In this document: piece by piece, positions 39,507 to 49,770 of the stretch
Layout of the letters: each line of letters starts with the position of its first letter
Position numbering within the stretch: position 1 is the stretch's first letter
NCBI GenBank assembly: GCA_023819035.1
Contig: JAMWCL010000003.1
Coordinates: 1 to 52,830, forward strand
DNA length: 52,830 nt
Reading direction: 5' to 3'
DNA from: Candidatus Omnitrophota bacterium
GTDB taxonomy: Bacteria > Omnitrophota > Gorgyraeia > Gygaellales > Profunditerraquicolaceae
Notes under the pieces: generated by a model
Database searches by the model: none
What the model saw: only the letters and a program-made list of their open reading frames with translations
What the model was told of the DNA's origin: nothing
Made by a program: the position numbers and the translations under genes

Positions 39507-39957
39507 AGATTCTTTTAAGTAATTCTTTATAGCGCCTTCCGTAAGCAATAAATTTAAGTAATCTTTTTTCTTCAGAAACAATATAAAAGTTAATCTTAAG
39601 GTATTCTTTAGGCATTAGATAATTTAATCGCTCTGCCCACTCAATCACACAGATACCCTCATTATAAAGATATTCTTCATACCCTAATAAAACTGTATCA
39701 ATTGGATTTTTAAGGCGATAAAGATCGAGATGATAAAGAAGGTTATTCTTACTTTTATATTCATGGATTAAAATAAAACTTGGGCTTTTAACTACCCAAC
39801 TTTTTATCCCTAACCCTTCTGCAATACCTTTAACTAAGACTGTCTTTCCCGAACCTAATTGACCTATAAGACAAATTATATCCCTTTTCTTTAAATACTT
39901 AGCAAGCATTCTTCCTATCTTAAGGGTATGCTCTATAGATTTAGAGATTAATTGCAT
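39487..39957 (-). CDS. tsaE: tRNA threonylcarbamoyladenosine biosynthesis ATPase TsaE
   Basis: GQLGSGKT, SPSF, HLDLYRL, IEWA. Confidence 0.95.
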   Translation of the reverse strand: MQLISKSIEHTLKIGRMLAKYLKKRDIICLIGQLGSGKTVLVKGIAEGLGIKSWVVKSPSFILIHEYKSKNNLLYHLDLYRLKNPIDTVLLGYEEYLYNEGICVIEWAERLNYLMPKEYLKINFYIVSEEKRLLKFIAYGRRYKELLKRIYEDIRH

Positions 39958-39958
39958 C

Positions 39959-40855
39959 TTAAAAATGCCGAAACCCTTTTATTTTAATAATCTTTGTTTT
40001 GCCTTGTTTATCTATTAATCTTAAACCATAATTCTTATCAACAATCTCTCCAATGGGCTTAAAGAGTTTTATTTTTTTTCTATAGATTTTTTTTGCTTCA
40101 GAAATACTAACAGTAAACAATAATTCAAAATCCTCACCCGAATAAAGTGCATCTTCTAAATCCCTTGCCTCCTTACTTAAAGGGATTAATTCCTCATATA
40201 TTATGGCTCCCCTTTTGCTTTCTTCTAATATATGGGATAAATCCTGTACTAAACCATCGGATATATCAATCATAGAATTTATTTTAAAGTTCCTTACCAA
40301 AAACCTTGCCTCTTTTATACGCGGAATAAATTCAAGATGTTTTCTAAAAATAGAGCCCCCTAGAGTTCCAGTAACGAAGATAATATCTCCTGTCTTAGCA
40401 CCGCTTCTTAACAGAAGGTTCTTTTTTTCAACCTTTCCTAAAATGCTTACATCGATAATTAATTTATCGGACCTAGTTAAATCTCCTCCTACAAGATTCA
40501 TGCGATATCTTTTAGCAATATCAAGCATACCTCTTAAAAGGTCTTGAAAAAAAACAAGTGTTTTTTTAGGGCTTATTCCTACCGAAACCAAGCAGTAACG
40601 AGGTATCCCACCACAAGCAGCGATGTCACTTAAGGATATCGCAATTGCCTTTCTCCCTATAAGGTAGGGGTCATCGGTTGGTTTAAAATCCACTCCCTCG
40701 ATAAGCATATCACAACAAAAGAGTTGATAATTAGCCCGATCTAATCTTAAAACTGCACAATCATCGCCACTTCCTTTAATCACCGATGAATCAGTTTTAA
40801 TAATACTTCTTATTTTTCTAATTAAACCAAATTCTCCTAATTTACTTAATTGCAT
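39959..40855 (-). CDS. thiL: Thiamine-monophosphate kinase
   Basis: GEFGLI, GDDCA, LSDIAACGG, GGD, IDISDGL, GEDFELLFT. Confidence 0.95.
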   Translation of the reverse strand: MQLSKLGEFGLIRKIRSIIKTDSSVIKGSGDDCAVLRLDRANYQLFCCDMLIEGVDFKPTDDPYLIGRKAIAISLSDIAACGGIPRYCLVSVGISPKKTLVFFQDLLRGMLDIAKRYRMNLVGGDLTRSDKLIIDVSILGKVEKKNLLLRSGAKTGDIIFVTGTLGGSIFRKHLEFIPRIKEARFLVRNFKINSMIDISDGLVQDLSHILEESKRGAIIYEELIPLSKEARDLEDALYSGEDFELLFTVSISEAKKIYRKKIKLFKPIGEIVDKNYGLRLIDKQGKTKIIKIKGFRHF

Positions 40856-41900
40856 TTTTATTCTTAATTATCCTTAAGATATTTTTCTTATAAGGTTTTT
40901 TTATAATTCCTTTATCTGTAATAATGGCAGTGATCAGATTATGTGGTGTTATATCAAAGGCAGGGTTGAATATCTTAATATTCTTTTTAGCAATTGGCTT
41001 TTTAAAAAATAGTTCTCTAACTTCCTTAACCGATCTTTGTTCAATAGGTATATCACCACCATCTTTACAGGAAAGATCAAAAGTAGATAAAGGGCAGGCT
41101 ACATAGAAAGGAATCCTATGATAAAAACTTAAAACTGCCAGATTATATGTTCCGATTTTGTTAGCGGTATCACCATTTATGGCAACCCTGTCCGCTCCTA
41201 CAATAACTTTATTAATCTTTTTTTTCTGCATAAGATAAGCAGCCATACTATCACAAATTAAAGTCACGTCTAATCCCTTATGCTTAAGCTCCCAAGTAGT
41301 AAGACGCGCTCCCTGAAGCATGGGTCTTGTCTCACAAACATAGACCTTTATATATTTTCCTTTTTCTTTTGCCCGATAGATTATCCCTAAAGCGGTGCCA
41401 TAATCAATGGTGGCAAAGATTCCTGTATTACAGATAGTTAAAATTGTATCATTATCTTTAATCAGTCTTGCTCCAAATTCCCCTATTCTGCGACAAGCAA
41501 TCTTATCCTCAAGAATTATCTTTTGTGTCTCATTGAAGATTATTTTTTTAAGTTCAAAAACAGGATTTTTCTTATGTTTCAAAACTTTTTTTCTTATCCG
41601 TTCCAAAGCCCAAAATAAATTTCTTGCCGTAGGACGGCTCATTGATAGATATCTTATCAGCCTATCTAATTCTTTAATAAATTGCCCGAAGTTCTTTGCC
41701 TTTGACTCTTTAATACCTAAATATAAGCCTAACCCTGCTGCACCGGCTAATGCCGGTGCCCCCCGAATCTGCATAATCTTTATTGCTTTCCATAAAGAGC
41801 TTATGTCCTTTATATAAATATACTTAAGTTTTTGAGGAAGCTTGTTCTGGTCAATGATTCTTATTGCATTATCTTTCCATGCTATAGTCTGAATATACAT
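40842..41900 (-). CDS. mtnA: S-methyl-5-thioribose-1-phosphate isomerase
   Basis: IRGAPA, RPTA.NL, TICNTG, ETRP.LQGARLT.WEL, GADR, NKIGTY, NPAFDITP. Confidence 0.94.
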   Translation of the reverse strand: MYIQTIAWKDNAIRIIDQNKLPQKLKYIYIKDISSLWKAIKIMQIRGAPALAGAAGLGLYLGIKESKAKNFGQFIKELDRLIRYLSMSRPTARNLFWALERIRKKVLKHKKNPVFELKKIIFNETQKIILEDKIACRRIGEFGARLIKDNDTILTICNTGIFATIDYGTALGIIYRAKEKGKYIKVYVCETRPMLQGARLTTWELKHKGLDVTLICDSMAAYLMQKKKINKVIVGADRVAINGDTANKIGTYNLAVLSFYHRIPFYVACPLSTFDLSCKDGGDIPIEQRSVKEVRELFFKKPIAKKNIKIFNPAFDITPHNLITAIITDKGIIKKPYKKNILRIIKNKNAIK

Positions 41901-41919
41901 AGGCCTAAAATTTATCTTT

Positions 41920-43035
41920 CTATAATCCTAAAAATCTTACTAAAAAAGCCTTCTTTACCTTTATCGCTGAGTAAGGACAGCTTTCCTGACAACAGAAACA
42001 GGATAAGCACTTAGAATAATCGATAATAATCCGCTTATCCTTTATCCTTATTGCATTTGCCGGACAAATCTGTACACAAGTTCTGCATAAAACACAGTTA
42101 TTCTTATTAATCTTAGGATAAAAATGTATAAATTTTGAAACAATCTTTATAATTAATTTAGGAATCCTTGTTTTTAAAGAAGTAGCCGGTAATTTAAAAG
42201 GTCTTTCTAAAACATTTTTTAGATCTTCGCCACAAATCTGAATAGAATTAATATCTGCTATCCCCAGTCCTCTTTCAGAAGCAATCCGGGTAGTCAAAAT
42301 ATCTAATGGTTTTAGCCCCATAATCATCGTCAAAATACTGTCTAAGGCTACTGCATCCGAGCTAGCAAGGATTAAACCTACCTTACGCAATTTTCCGGAT
42401 GTAGCTGGACCATCGGATTCCATCGCCACAATTCCATCAATAATATTTAAACTGGGTTTTACCTGTTGATATATATCCACAAGGATATTAGCAAAATCTA
42501 AATCATTAAAATATCTTTGATGTAATTTAATCTTATAAATTCCACTTACTAATCCATAAAGATTCTTAATTGCTCCGGTTAAAATAGTTAACTGATGGGT
42601 TTTAAATTTTGGTATGGAAATAAGATAATCGCATTCGTCAAGCCAGGCGGTTAAAGGAAACTTATCCCTCAAGCGTCTCTTTTCAAAATTGACCAATTCT
42701 ACATTTTCCTCTTGAGAAATCCTTTTCATCCCCGTTTTTACATATACCTCATTTATATCTGACCATTTCTCCCATGCACTTGGACTATCCCCAAGAAATA
42801 TTCTGCAGTTAATCTCTTTTAACACTCTAATTACCGCTCTAACTACCTCAGGATGGGTAGTGATGCCTGCTTCGGGTTCTTTAGCCATCAAAAGATTAGG
42901 TTTAATCAACACTTTACTTCCATAAGAGATAAATTTAGTTATTCCACCGATTAAATCCACTGCCCTTCTTACTGCTTCTTGAACTAAAGCTGGCTCATAA
43001 CCATTACATCTTACAATAGAGACCTTAGAATCCAT
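41920..43035 (-). CDS. DUF362 domain protein with C-terminal 2x[4Fe-4S] ferredoxin
   Basis: KPNLL, TTHP, PKFKTH, GAIKNLYG; CVLCRTCVQICP and CLSCFCCQESCP. Confidence 0.88.
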   Translation of the reverse strand: MDSKVSIVRCNGYEPALVQEAVRRAVDLIGGITKFISYGSKVLIKPNLLMAKEPEAGITTHPEVVRAVIRVLKEINCRIFLGDSPSAWEKWSDINEVYVKTGMKRISQEENVELVNFEKRRLRDKFPLTAWLDECDYLISIPKFKTHQLTILTGAIKNLYGLVSGIYKIKLHQRYFNDLDFANILVDIYQQVKPSLNIIDGIVAMESDGPATSGKLRKVGLILASSDAVALDSILTMIMGLKPLDILTTRIASERGLGIADINSIQICGEDLKNVLERPFKLPATSLKTRIPKLIIKIVSKFIHFYPKINKNNCVLCRTCVQICPANAIRIKDKRIIIDYSKCLSCFCCQESCPYSAIKVKKAFLVRFLGL

Positions 43036-43816
43036 AATTATTTTTTATCTTAAAAAATCTTAATGCATTATCCGTAGTAATTTTACCTACTTCCGCAAGG
43101 CTTATGCCCTTAATCCTAGCGATCTCCTCAGCAAGCATCCTTATATACATTGGTTCGTTTCTTTTTCCTCGCAATCCTTCGGGAGGTAAAAATGGTGCAT
43201 CTGTCTCTAAAAAGATTCTCTCTAAGGGTGTCAACTTAACCAATCTCCTTAAATTATCTGCTTTTTTATAAGTAATATTACAGGTAAAAGAAACAAAAAA
43301 ACCCAAATTAAGACATTCTTTTAAAAATGTTTCATCACCGGAAAAACAATGAAAGACTGCTTTAAGGGGAAGATTGTCTTTAAGAATCCTTAAGATATCA
43401 TTCCAGGCCTGGCGATTATGAATAATCAAGGGAAGATTTAAATCTTTAGCTAATCCTATTAGTTCAACAAAAAGCTCTTTTTGTTTTTCTGGTTCAGGAA
43501 CATCCCCAAAATAATCTAAACCAATCTCCCCAATAGCAACTACTTTATCTTCTCTGGCTAAATCATAAAGACTTAATCTAACCTCTTTATTGAAATCCTG
43601 CGTATAATGAGGATGGAGACCTACTGTAGCATAAATAAAATCATATTTTTTGGCAAGTTCGATTGATCTTTTCGAACCTTCTAAACTAGAACCTATATTT
43701 ACTATAAAATCTATGCCGTTGTCTTTGGCACGTTTAATAACCTTCTCAATATCTAGATTAAACTCTGGAAAATCCAGATGGCAATGCGTATCTATTAATC
43801 TTATTTCTTGGTTCAT
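43025..43816 (-). CDS. tatD: TatD-family nuclease
   Basis: DTHCHL, GLHP, GEIGLDY, HNR, HCFSG, ETDAPFL. Confidence 0.93.
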   Translation of the reverse strand: MNQEIRLIDTHCHLDFPEFNLDIEKVIKRAKDNGIDFIVNIGSSLEGSKRSIELAKKYDFIYATVGLHPHYTQDFNKEVRLSLYDLAREDKVVAIGEIGLDYFGDVPEPEKQKELFVELIGLAKDLNLPLIIHNRQAWNDILRILKDNLPLKAVFHCFSGDETFLKECLNLGFFVSFTCNITYKKADNLRRLVKLTPLERIFLETDAPFLPPEGLRGKRNEPMYIRMLAEEIARIKGISLAEVGKITTDNALRFFKIKNNYGF

Positions 43817-43835
43817 GGTTATCAGGCAAGGTTAA

Positions 43836-45338
43836 TTAAGTAGTTTTAATTCGAGGGAAAAGTGGTTTGCCCTTATTAATTTTCTCCTGACCTATCTGTT
43901 CTTTTATTAACCCTGCGGTCTGAGGTATAAAAGGATAAATAAATTCAGTAATTTTTCTTATTGTATCAATAAGCACAAAGATAAATTCTTTAAGTTCATC
44001 AGTTTTATTTTCTTTTACTAAATTCCACGGCTTTGTATCTTCAATATATTTGTTAGCCATATTAATCACTTCCCAGATATCCTCTAAGGCTAAACTAAAA
44101 TTATAATCTCTAGTTATACTTAGGCTAATTTTTAAGGTCTTAGAAAGCTCTTCTGTTTTACTAATTATCATCTTGGCCTGATTATTTTTTATCCTGTTTG
44201 GCTGAGGAGGGATTATATTCTTAAAATACTTTTCTACCATTGTCAATGTCCGGTAAACTAAATTACCGAGATCATTGGCAAGATCGGCATTTAACCTCTT
44301 CATAAATGATTCTTCAGAAAAATTACCATCCGAACCAAATGGAATATCGCGAAGAATAAAATATCTAAAGGCATCAACTCCAAACCTATCTGTCATCTCT
44401 ACAGGAGAGACTACATTACCCTTAGACTTAGACATCTTGCTTTCTCCCATAAGCCACCAGCCATGTGCAAATATTGTCTTAGGGGCAGGAATATCTAAGG
44501 CTTTAAGCATAATCGGCCAATATATTGCATGTTGTCTTAAGATATCCTTCCCAATTAATTGCAAATCTGCAGGCCACCATTCCGAATGATAATTATTCTG
44601 ACTATCAAATGAACCTACTGCACTGATATAGTTTATTAAGGCATCGAACCAAACATAGGTAACATGTCCTTTAGCAAAAGGTATAGGGATACCCCAACTT
44701 AGACGCCCCTTTGGCCTTGAGATACAAAGATCATTTAATTTATTTAATTCTAAGAACCTTAAAACCTCTTCATAACGACTTGATGGTCTTATAAAATCAG
44801 GATGTTTATTAATGTATTGAATCAACCAATCTTGATATTTAGAGAGTCTAAAAAAATAATTGGTTTCACTAATCTTCTCTAAGGGTCTTTTACAGTCAGG
44901 ACAAAGGTAAGCCACATCCTTGCTCATCGGCCAGAAGGTTTCACAGGGTGTGCAATACCAGCCTTCATATTTACCTTCATAAATATCACCTTTTTTATAG
45001 ATTATCTCTAAGGCCCTCTGGACAAACTCGGTATGTCTTCTTTCGGTAGTCCGGATAAAATCATCGTAAGAAATATCTAATCTCTGCCAAAGGTTTTTAA
45101 ACTGTAAAACCATTCTATCCACAAATTCTTGAGCAGTTAATCCTTCTGCTTCTGCTTGTCTTTGAATCTTCTGTCCATGCTCATCTGTGCCGGTAAGAAA
45201 CCAAACATTCTCTTTACCTAATAAATTTCGCATATACCTAGCTAAGCAATCCGCAGCAATCGTGGTATAAGAATGCCCTATATGGGGTGAAGCATTTACA
45301 TAGTATAAAGGGGTAGTAATATAGAATTTATCTGCCAT
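43836..45338 (-). CDS. metG: Methionine--tRNA ligase (short form without C-terminal dimerisation domain)
   Basis: YYVNASPHIGH, GTDEHG, one zinc knuckle, YVWFDAL, KMSKS. Confidence 0.96.
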   Translation of the reverse strand: MADKFYITTPLYYVNASPHIGHSYTTIAADCLARYMRNLLGKENVWFLTGTDEHGQKIQRQAEAEGLTAQEFVDRMVLQFKNLWQRLDISYDDFIRTTERRHTEFVQRALEIIYKKGDIYEGKYEGWYCTPCETFWPMSKDVAYLCPDCKRPLEKISETNYFFRLSKYQDWLIQYINKHPDFIRPSSRYEEVLRFLELNKLNDLCISRPKGRLSWGIPIPFAKGHVTYVWFDALINYISAVGSFDSQNNYHSEWWPADLQLIGKDILRQHAIYWPIMLKALDIPAPKTIFAHGWWLMGESKMSKSKGNVVSPVEMTDRFGVDAFRYFILRDIPFGSDGNFSEESFMKRLNADLANDLGNLVYRTLTMVEKYFKNIIPPQPNRIKNNQAKMIISKTEELSKTLKISLSITRDYNFSLALEDIWEVINMANKYIEDTKPWNLVKENKTDELKEFIFVLIDTIRKITEFIYPFIPQTAGLIKEQIGQEKINKGKPLFPRIKTT

Positions 45339-46131
45339 CTCTTTCCTTATAATCTATCTTAATCTGTATCTGTGCCCCACCTTCCAATTCTACCGTAACC
45401 ATACGTTTAAAAACATCGACACTAATAACCTTACCTCTTCCCTGGGCTGTATTTATACGTTCCCCCTCACGAGGAAGACCTTTAGATAAAATTTTATAGG
45501 TTTCGTACTCAAAGGAAAGACAACACATCAATCTTCCACAAACCCCAGAAAGCTTAGGTGGATTCAGAGGCAATCCTTCCTCTTTAGCCATCTTTATTGT
45601 TACAGGTTCAAAATCTTTTAAAAATGTGGTACAGCAAAGCGCCCTACCACAGGAGCCAAAACCACCAAAAAGCTTTGCTTCATCCCTGACCCCTATCTGC
45701 CTTAATTCTATTCTTGCTTTAAAGACCTTGGCTAAATCTTTAACTAAATTCCTAAAATCTACCCTTCCTTCAGCAGTAAAATAGAATATGATTTTTGAGC
45801 GATCGAATGAATACTCTGCCTTTATTAACTTCATAGAAAGTTTGTGTTCTTGTATCTTTTCTAAACATATACTAAATGCTTCTTTAGATTTTAAGCGATT
45901 CTCCTGAATCTGCTTTAAATCAGACTCCTCAGCCTTACGTAATATCTTTCTGGGGGTCTCTTTTGTTTTAATCTCCGGAGGGACATTCTTAGGAGAAATA
46001 ATCTGCCCATAGTCTAAACCCCGATCATGCTCTAAAATAACATAATCGCCTTCTTTAAGTTCTAAGTTACCTGCATCGCAAAGATAAATCTGTCCTGCAT
46101 CTCTTAATCTTACTGAAATTATGTTTTCCAT
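45328..46131 (-). CDS. PSP1-domain protein (YaaT/RicT family)
   Basis: RVDFRNLVKDL, RIELRQIGVRDEAK, CGRALCC, CGRLMCCL. Confidence 0.92.
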   Translation of the reverse strand: MENIISVRLRDAGQIYLCDAGNLELKEGDYVILEHDRGLDYGQIISPKNVPPEIKTKETPRKILRKAEESDLKQIQENRLKSKEAFSICLEKIQEHKLSMKLIKAEYSFDRSKIIFYFTAEGRVDFRNLVKDLAKVFKARIELRQIGVRDEAKLFGGFGSCGRALCCTTFLKDFEPVTIKMAKEEGLPLNPPKLSGVCGRLMCCLSFEYETYKILSKGLPREGERINTAQGRGKVISVDVFKRMVTVELEGGAQIQIKIDYKERDGR

Positions 46132-47081
46132 AGCTCTGTCTTGATAGCCGAGATTAAAAGTTTAGGATTAACATTCTGTTCTAAATAAAGTAATGAATCA
46201 GAAAGAAAGTTAATTATCTGATCTAGCTCTATAAAGGAATATTTATTCATTGTCTTTAAAAGGATATCCAGACGATCTATATTAATAATTTCTGAATGCC
46301 TAATTCCCGTTTTAATTAGATACAGATCCCTGAACCAAGAGAGCAAAATATTTATATAATTGCGCAGATCTTGCCTGTTTCCAAAAGAGATTCTTTGCGA
46401 ATCCCCAATCTTTTCTGATAAAAATTCATCAATAATTCTATTTTTATAATTTAATATATCGGTGTCTTTTAAGGTTAATGTTTTACCAATCCTTCCTTCA
46501 AAAAAATATGCTAAAAAATGTGCCTGATAGGTATCAAGTTTATATTCTTTTATCAGCATCTCTTTAAGTGCCGTTCTTTTTAAGGGATAGAACCTAAAGA
46601 TCTGACAGCGTGAGATTATCGTTTTAAATAATAAATAAGGTGTCGAGGTAATTAAAATTATTAAACTTTTCTGTGGTGGCTCCTCAAGTATTTTTAAAAT
46701 AGCATTACCTGCTTCAGAGGTTAAATTATGAACATTATCCAGGATAAAAACTTTAATTTTTGCTTCATAGGGCTTAAGATAAATTTGGGTCTTTAGTTGG
46801 CGAATCTGATCTATCTTTATTGATTCGGATTCCGAATCTTCGATAAGAAAAAAATCAGGATATTGTCTTTTATCAATCCTTGTACAATTTAAACAGAGAT
46901 CGCAAGAATCATCTTGAGCCTGCTGACAATTTATAGCCTTTGCTAAATTAATAGCTACGCTTTTTTTTCCAATCCCCTCGGGACCGATAAAAAGAAGGCC
47001 CCTTTGTAAATCTGATTTTTTAATATATTCCTTTAAAAACCTTATCGTTCTATCTTGTCCTTTTATCTGGGAAAGAGCCAT
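46119..47081 (-). CDS. holB: DNA polymerase III delta' subunit
   Basis: GPEGIGK, zinc cysteines, IKIDQIR, LKILEEPP, TIISRC; tmk-holB order. Confidence 0.92.
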   Translation of the reverse strand: MALSQIKGQDRTIRFLKEYIKKSDLQRGLLFIGPEGIGKKSVAINLAKAINCQQAQDDSCDLCLNCTRIDKRQYPDFFLIEDSESESIKIDQIRQLKTQIYLKPYEAKIKVFILDNVHNLTSEAGNAILKILEEPPQKSLIILITSTPYLLFKTIISRCQIFRFYPLKRTALKEMLIKEYKLDTYQAHFLAYFFEGRIGKTLTLKDTDILNYKNRIIDEFLSEKIGDSQRISFGNRQDLRNYINILLSWFRDLYLIKTGIRHSEIINIDRLDILLKTMNKYSFIELDQIINFLSDSLLYLEQNVNPKLLISAIKTELWKT

Positions 47082-47712
47082 GCCATTTTAATAAAAAACT
47101 ATTAACTATCTCTCTAATTTTTTGTTGTGTCCTTTTTTTATCCTTATCTACCTTAACTAATTTTATTCTCTCAGGATCCTGAAGAACAAGTCTTAAGTAT
47201 CCCTTTCTTACCCTTATATGATAACGATAAGACCTTCTTTCTATACGATCCTTTATAGGCTTTCGCTTTTCTAAACATTTTTTTACCGGTAAATCTAAAA
47301 AAATAGTTAAATCCGGTTTTATACCTAAGGTAACTAATTTTCCTAAAAATCTGATCACCTTAAGTTCTACACCTAAACCATATCCTTGATAAGCAAATGT
47401 GGAATCCAAAAAGCGGTCGCAGATAACAATCCTTCCTTGCCTAAGTGCAGGTTGAATAACCTTATAAACCAATTCTGCTCTAGCAGTCATATAAAGTAAT
47501 GTTTCACCAAGAGAAGTGATTTCATTCCGAGGATCTAAAAGGATCTTTCTAATCTTTTCACCCACCCGAGTATCCCCCGGCTCGCGGAGATAAATCACCG
47601 GATAGCCCTTATCTTTTAAATATCTATAAAGCAATCTTGACTGCGTACTTTTACCACAACCTTCGGAACCTTCAAAGGTAATTAATATACCTCTTATAGT
47701 TTTCTTCGCCAA
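47050..47712 (-). CDS. tmk: Thymidylate kinase
   Basis: FEGSEGCGKSTQ, REPG, DRFLDST.AYQG. Confidence 0.96.
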   Translation of the reverse strand: MAKKTIRGILITFEGSEGCGKSTQSRLLYRYLKDKGYPVIYLREPGDTRVGEKIRKILLDPRNEITSLGETLLYMTARAELVYKVIQPALRQGRIVICDRFLDSTFAYQGYGLGVELKVIRFLGKLVTLGIKPDLTIFLDLPVKKCLEKRKPIKDRIERRSYRYHIRVRKGYLRLVLQDPERIKLVKVDKDKKRTQQKIREIVNSFLLKWHGSFPDKRTR

Positions 47713-49082
47713 GTGGTGCCCTCCTTAGTATCCTCTAAAATTATACCTTTTTGCTCTAATTCCTTTCTAATTCTATCTGCTTCTTTAAAGTCACCTCTTT
47801 TCCGAGCATTATTTCGTTTGCCAATCAAAGTCTTTATCTCCTCAGAGAGGGTATCAAATGAGATATTACTTAAACTTAAACCGAAAATCTTCTTAAATTC
47901 CTCTAAAAGGATCTTTGCCTTTAATATAAAATTTAAATTATCTATATTTTTATTTGTGAGATTGACCAAATCGAATATAACTGCTAAAGCCTTAGGGGTA
48001 TTAAAATCATCATCCATTGCCTCAATGAATCTATTTTTAAGGTCATGAATTGGAACAACATCCTGCTTAAGATTATATACCGCAGGCATTCTCTGATTGA
48101 TCTTAACCAATAAAATCAAGATTCTTTCTAAGGCATGTACTGTTTCTTTTATCTTCTCTTCCGTATAATCAATAGGTTGTGAATAATGCGCAGAGAGGAA
48201 AAACAATTTTAAGATATCAGGTTCTTTATATCTTGCAATAAAATCTTTTATAGAGATAAAATTCCCTAAGGACTTAGCCATTTTCTGTCCATTAATCGTT
48301 AATAACCCATGATGAATCCAGTATCTTGCAAATGGTTTTTTTGTTATCGACTCTGTCTGGGCAATCTCATTTTCATGATGTGGAAAGATTAAATCCCGAC
48401 CGCCTCCATGAATATCTAAAGTCTCAGTTTTAAGAAACTTCTGCGACATCACCGAACACTCTATATGCCAACCCGGTCTTCCTTTACCCCAAGGGCTGGT
48501 CCAGGCAGGTTCATCGGGCTTAGATATCTTCCATAAGGCAAAGTCTAAAGGGTCGCGTTTTTTCTCATCCGGCTCGATCCGCACCCCTTTAATCATCTGA
48601 TCTATACCCTGTCCGGATAATTTCCCATATTCCCTAAACTGTCTAACTTTAAAATATACACCACTTTCAGTAATATAAGCGTAGCCCTGATCAATTAATT
48701 TTTTTATATATTCAATCATCTCGGAGATATTCTCTGTAGCGCATGGTTCATAATCTGCTTTATCTATATTAAGAAGTTTTAGGTCTTCGTGATAGCTATC
48801 AATATATTTCTTTACTAAATCCTTCCAGCTTATCTTAAGCTCATTAGCGCGATTAATAATTTTATCGTCAATATCGGTAATATTACGCACAAAATTTACC
48901 TTAAAACCCTTATACCTTAAGTATCTTGTAATTACATCAAAGATATAAAGACTTCGGGCATGACCGATATGACTTTCATCGTATACCGTAACCCCACAGG
49001 TATAGATATTCACCTGGGGAGGGTTTAAAGGAATAAACTCTTCTTTCTTACGACTTAAAGAATTATATAGATAGATAGCCAT
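47694..49082 (-). CDS. cysS: Cysteine--tRNA ligase
   Basis: CGVTVYD, HIGH, GRPGWHIECS, FPHHENE, KMAKS. Confidence 0.97.
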   Translation of the reverse strand: MAIYLYNSLSRKKEEFIPLNPPQVNIYTCGVTVYDESHIGHARSLYIFDVITRYLRYKGFKVNFVRNITDIDDKIINRANELKISWKDLVKKYIDSYHEDLKLLNIDKADYEPCATENISEMIEYIKKLIDQGYAYITESGVYFKVRQFREYGKLSGQGIDQMIKGVRIEPDEKKRDPLDFALWKISKPDEPAWTSPWGKGRPGWHIECSVMSQKFLKTETLDIHGGGRDLIFPHHENEIAQTESITKKPFARYWIHHGLLTINGQKMAKSLGNFISIKDFIARYKEPDILKLFFLSAHYSQPIDYTEEKIKETVHALERILILLVKINQRMPAVYNLKQDVVPIHDLKNRFIEAMDDDFNTPKALAVIFDLVNLTNKNIDNLNFILKAKILLEEFKKIFGLSLSNISFDTLSEEIKTLIGKRNNARKRGDFKEADRIRKELEQKGIILEDTKEGTTWRRKL

Positions 49083-49083
49083 A

Positions 49084-49767
49084 TCATAATTTTTTCTCTA
49101 ATTTTTCGATGCGCTTTTGAAGCTCTTCTATCATTTCTATAACAGGATCCAAGATATGAATGTGATCTAAGCTAACCTCTATCTTTTTACCATTCTGTTT
49201 AGTAATCCTGCCTGGAATCCCTACCACGGTAGAATTTGGTGGAACATCCTTAATTACTACTGCATTTGCTCCGATATAGGAATTATCGCCAATAGTAATA
49301 TCTCCTAATACCTTTGCACCGCAACCAATAACTACATTATTACCAATTGTCGGATGCCTTTTTCCTTTCTGAAGACCTGTACCGCCTAAGGTAACCCCTT
49401 GATATAATAATACATTATCCTTTATTACTGTTGTCTCTCCAATTACCACCCCCATACCGTGATCAATAAAAAGTCCCTTTCCAATCTGTGCTCCAGGATG
49501 TATCTCAATCCCGGTTAACCAACGGGAGATCTGACTAATTAAACGCGCGATAAAGAATAATCTTAACTTATAAAAGAAATGGGCAATACGATGGCTTACA
49601 ATTGCATGTAAACTTTGATAAAGAAAAAGCACCTCAAAAAAGTTTCTTGCAGCAGGATCCTTCTTTAAGGCAGCCTTAATTTCTCTTTGAAAAAAGATAG
49701 CAATAAGAATAAATTTAATAATTGCCAGGATAATAATTATAATTAATATCTTTAATGCCAAAAACAT
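49084..49767 (-). CDS. cysE: Serine O-acetyltransferase with hydrophobic N-terminal extension
   Basis: [33 protein letters not shown]...RHPT; next to cysS. Confidence 0.92.
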   Translation of the reverse strand: MFLALKILIIIIILAIIKFILIAIFFQREIKAALKKDPAARNFFEVLFLYQSLHAIVSHRIAHFFYKLRLFFIARLISQISRWLTGIEIHPGAQIGKGLFIDHGMGVVIGETTVIKDNVLLYQGVTLGGTGLQKGKRHPTIGNNVVIGCGAKVLGDITIGDNSYIGANAVVIKDVPPNSTVVGIPGRITKQNGKKIEVSLDHIHILDPVIEMIEELQKRIEKLEKKL

Positions 49768-49770
49768 ATC

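Noticed and set aside
39507-39581. 25-aa N-terminal extension of TsaB
   Set aside because: It lies inside tsaE; the family-typical start MKILGIDTS is at 39506.
43836-45338. MetG lacking the C-terminal tRNA-binding domain
   Set aside because: Short monomeric MetRS forms are common and well described.
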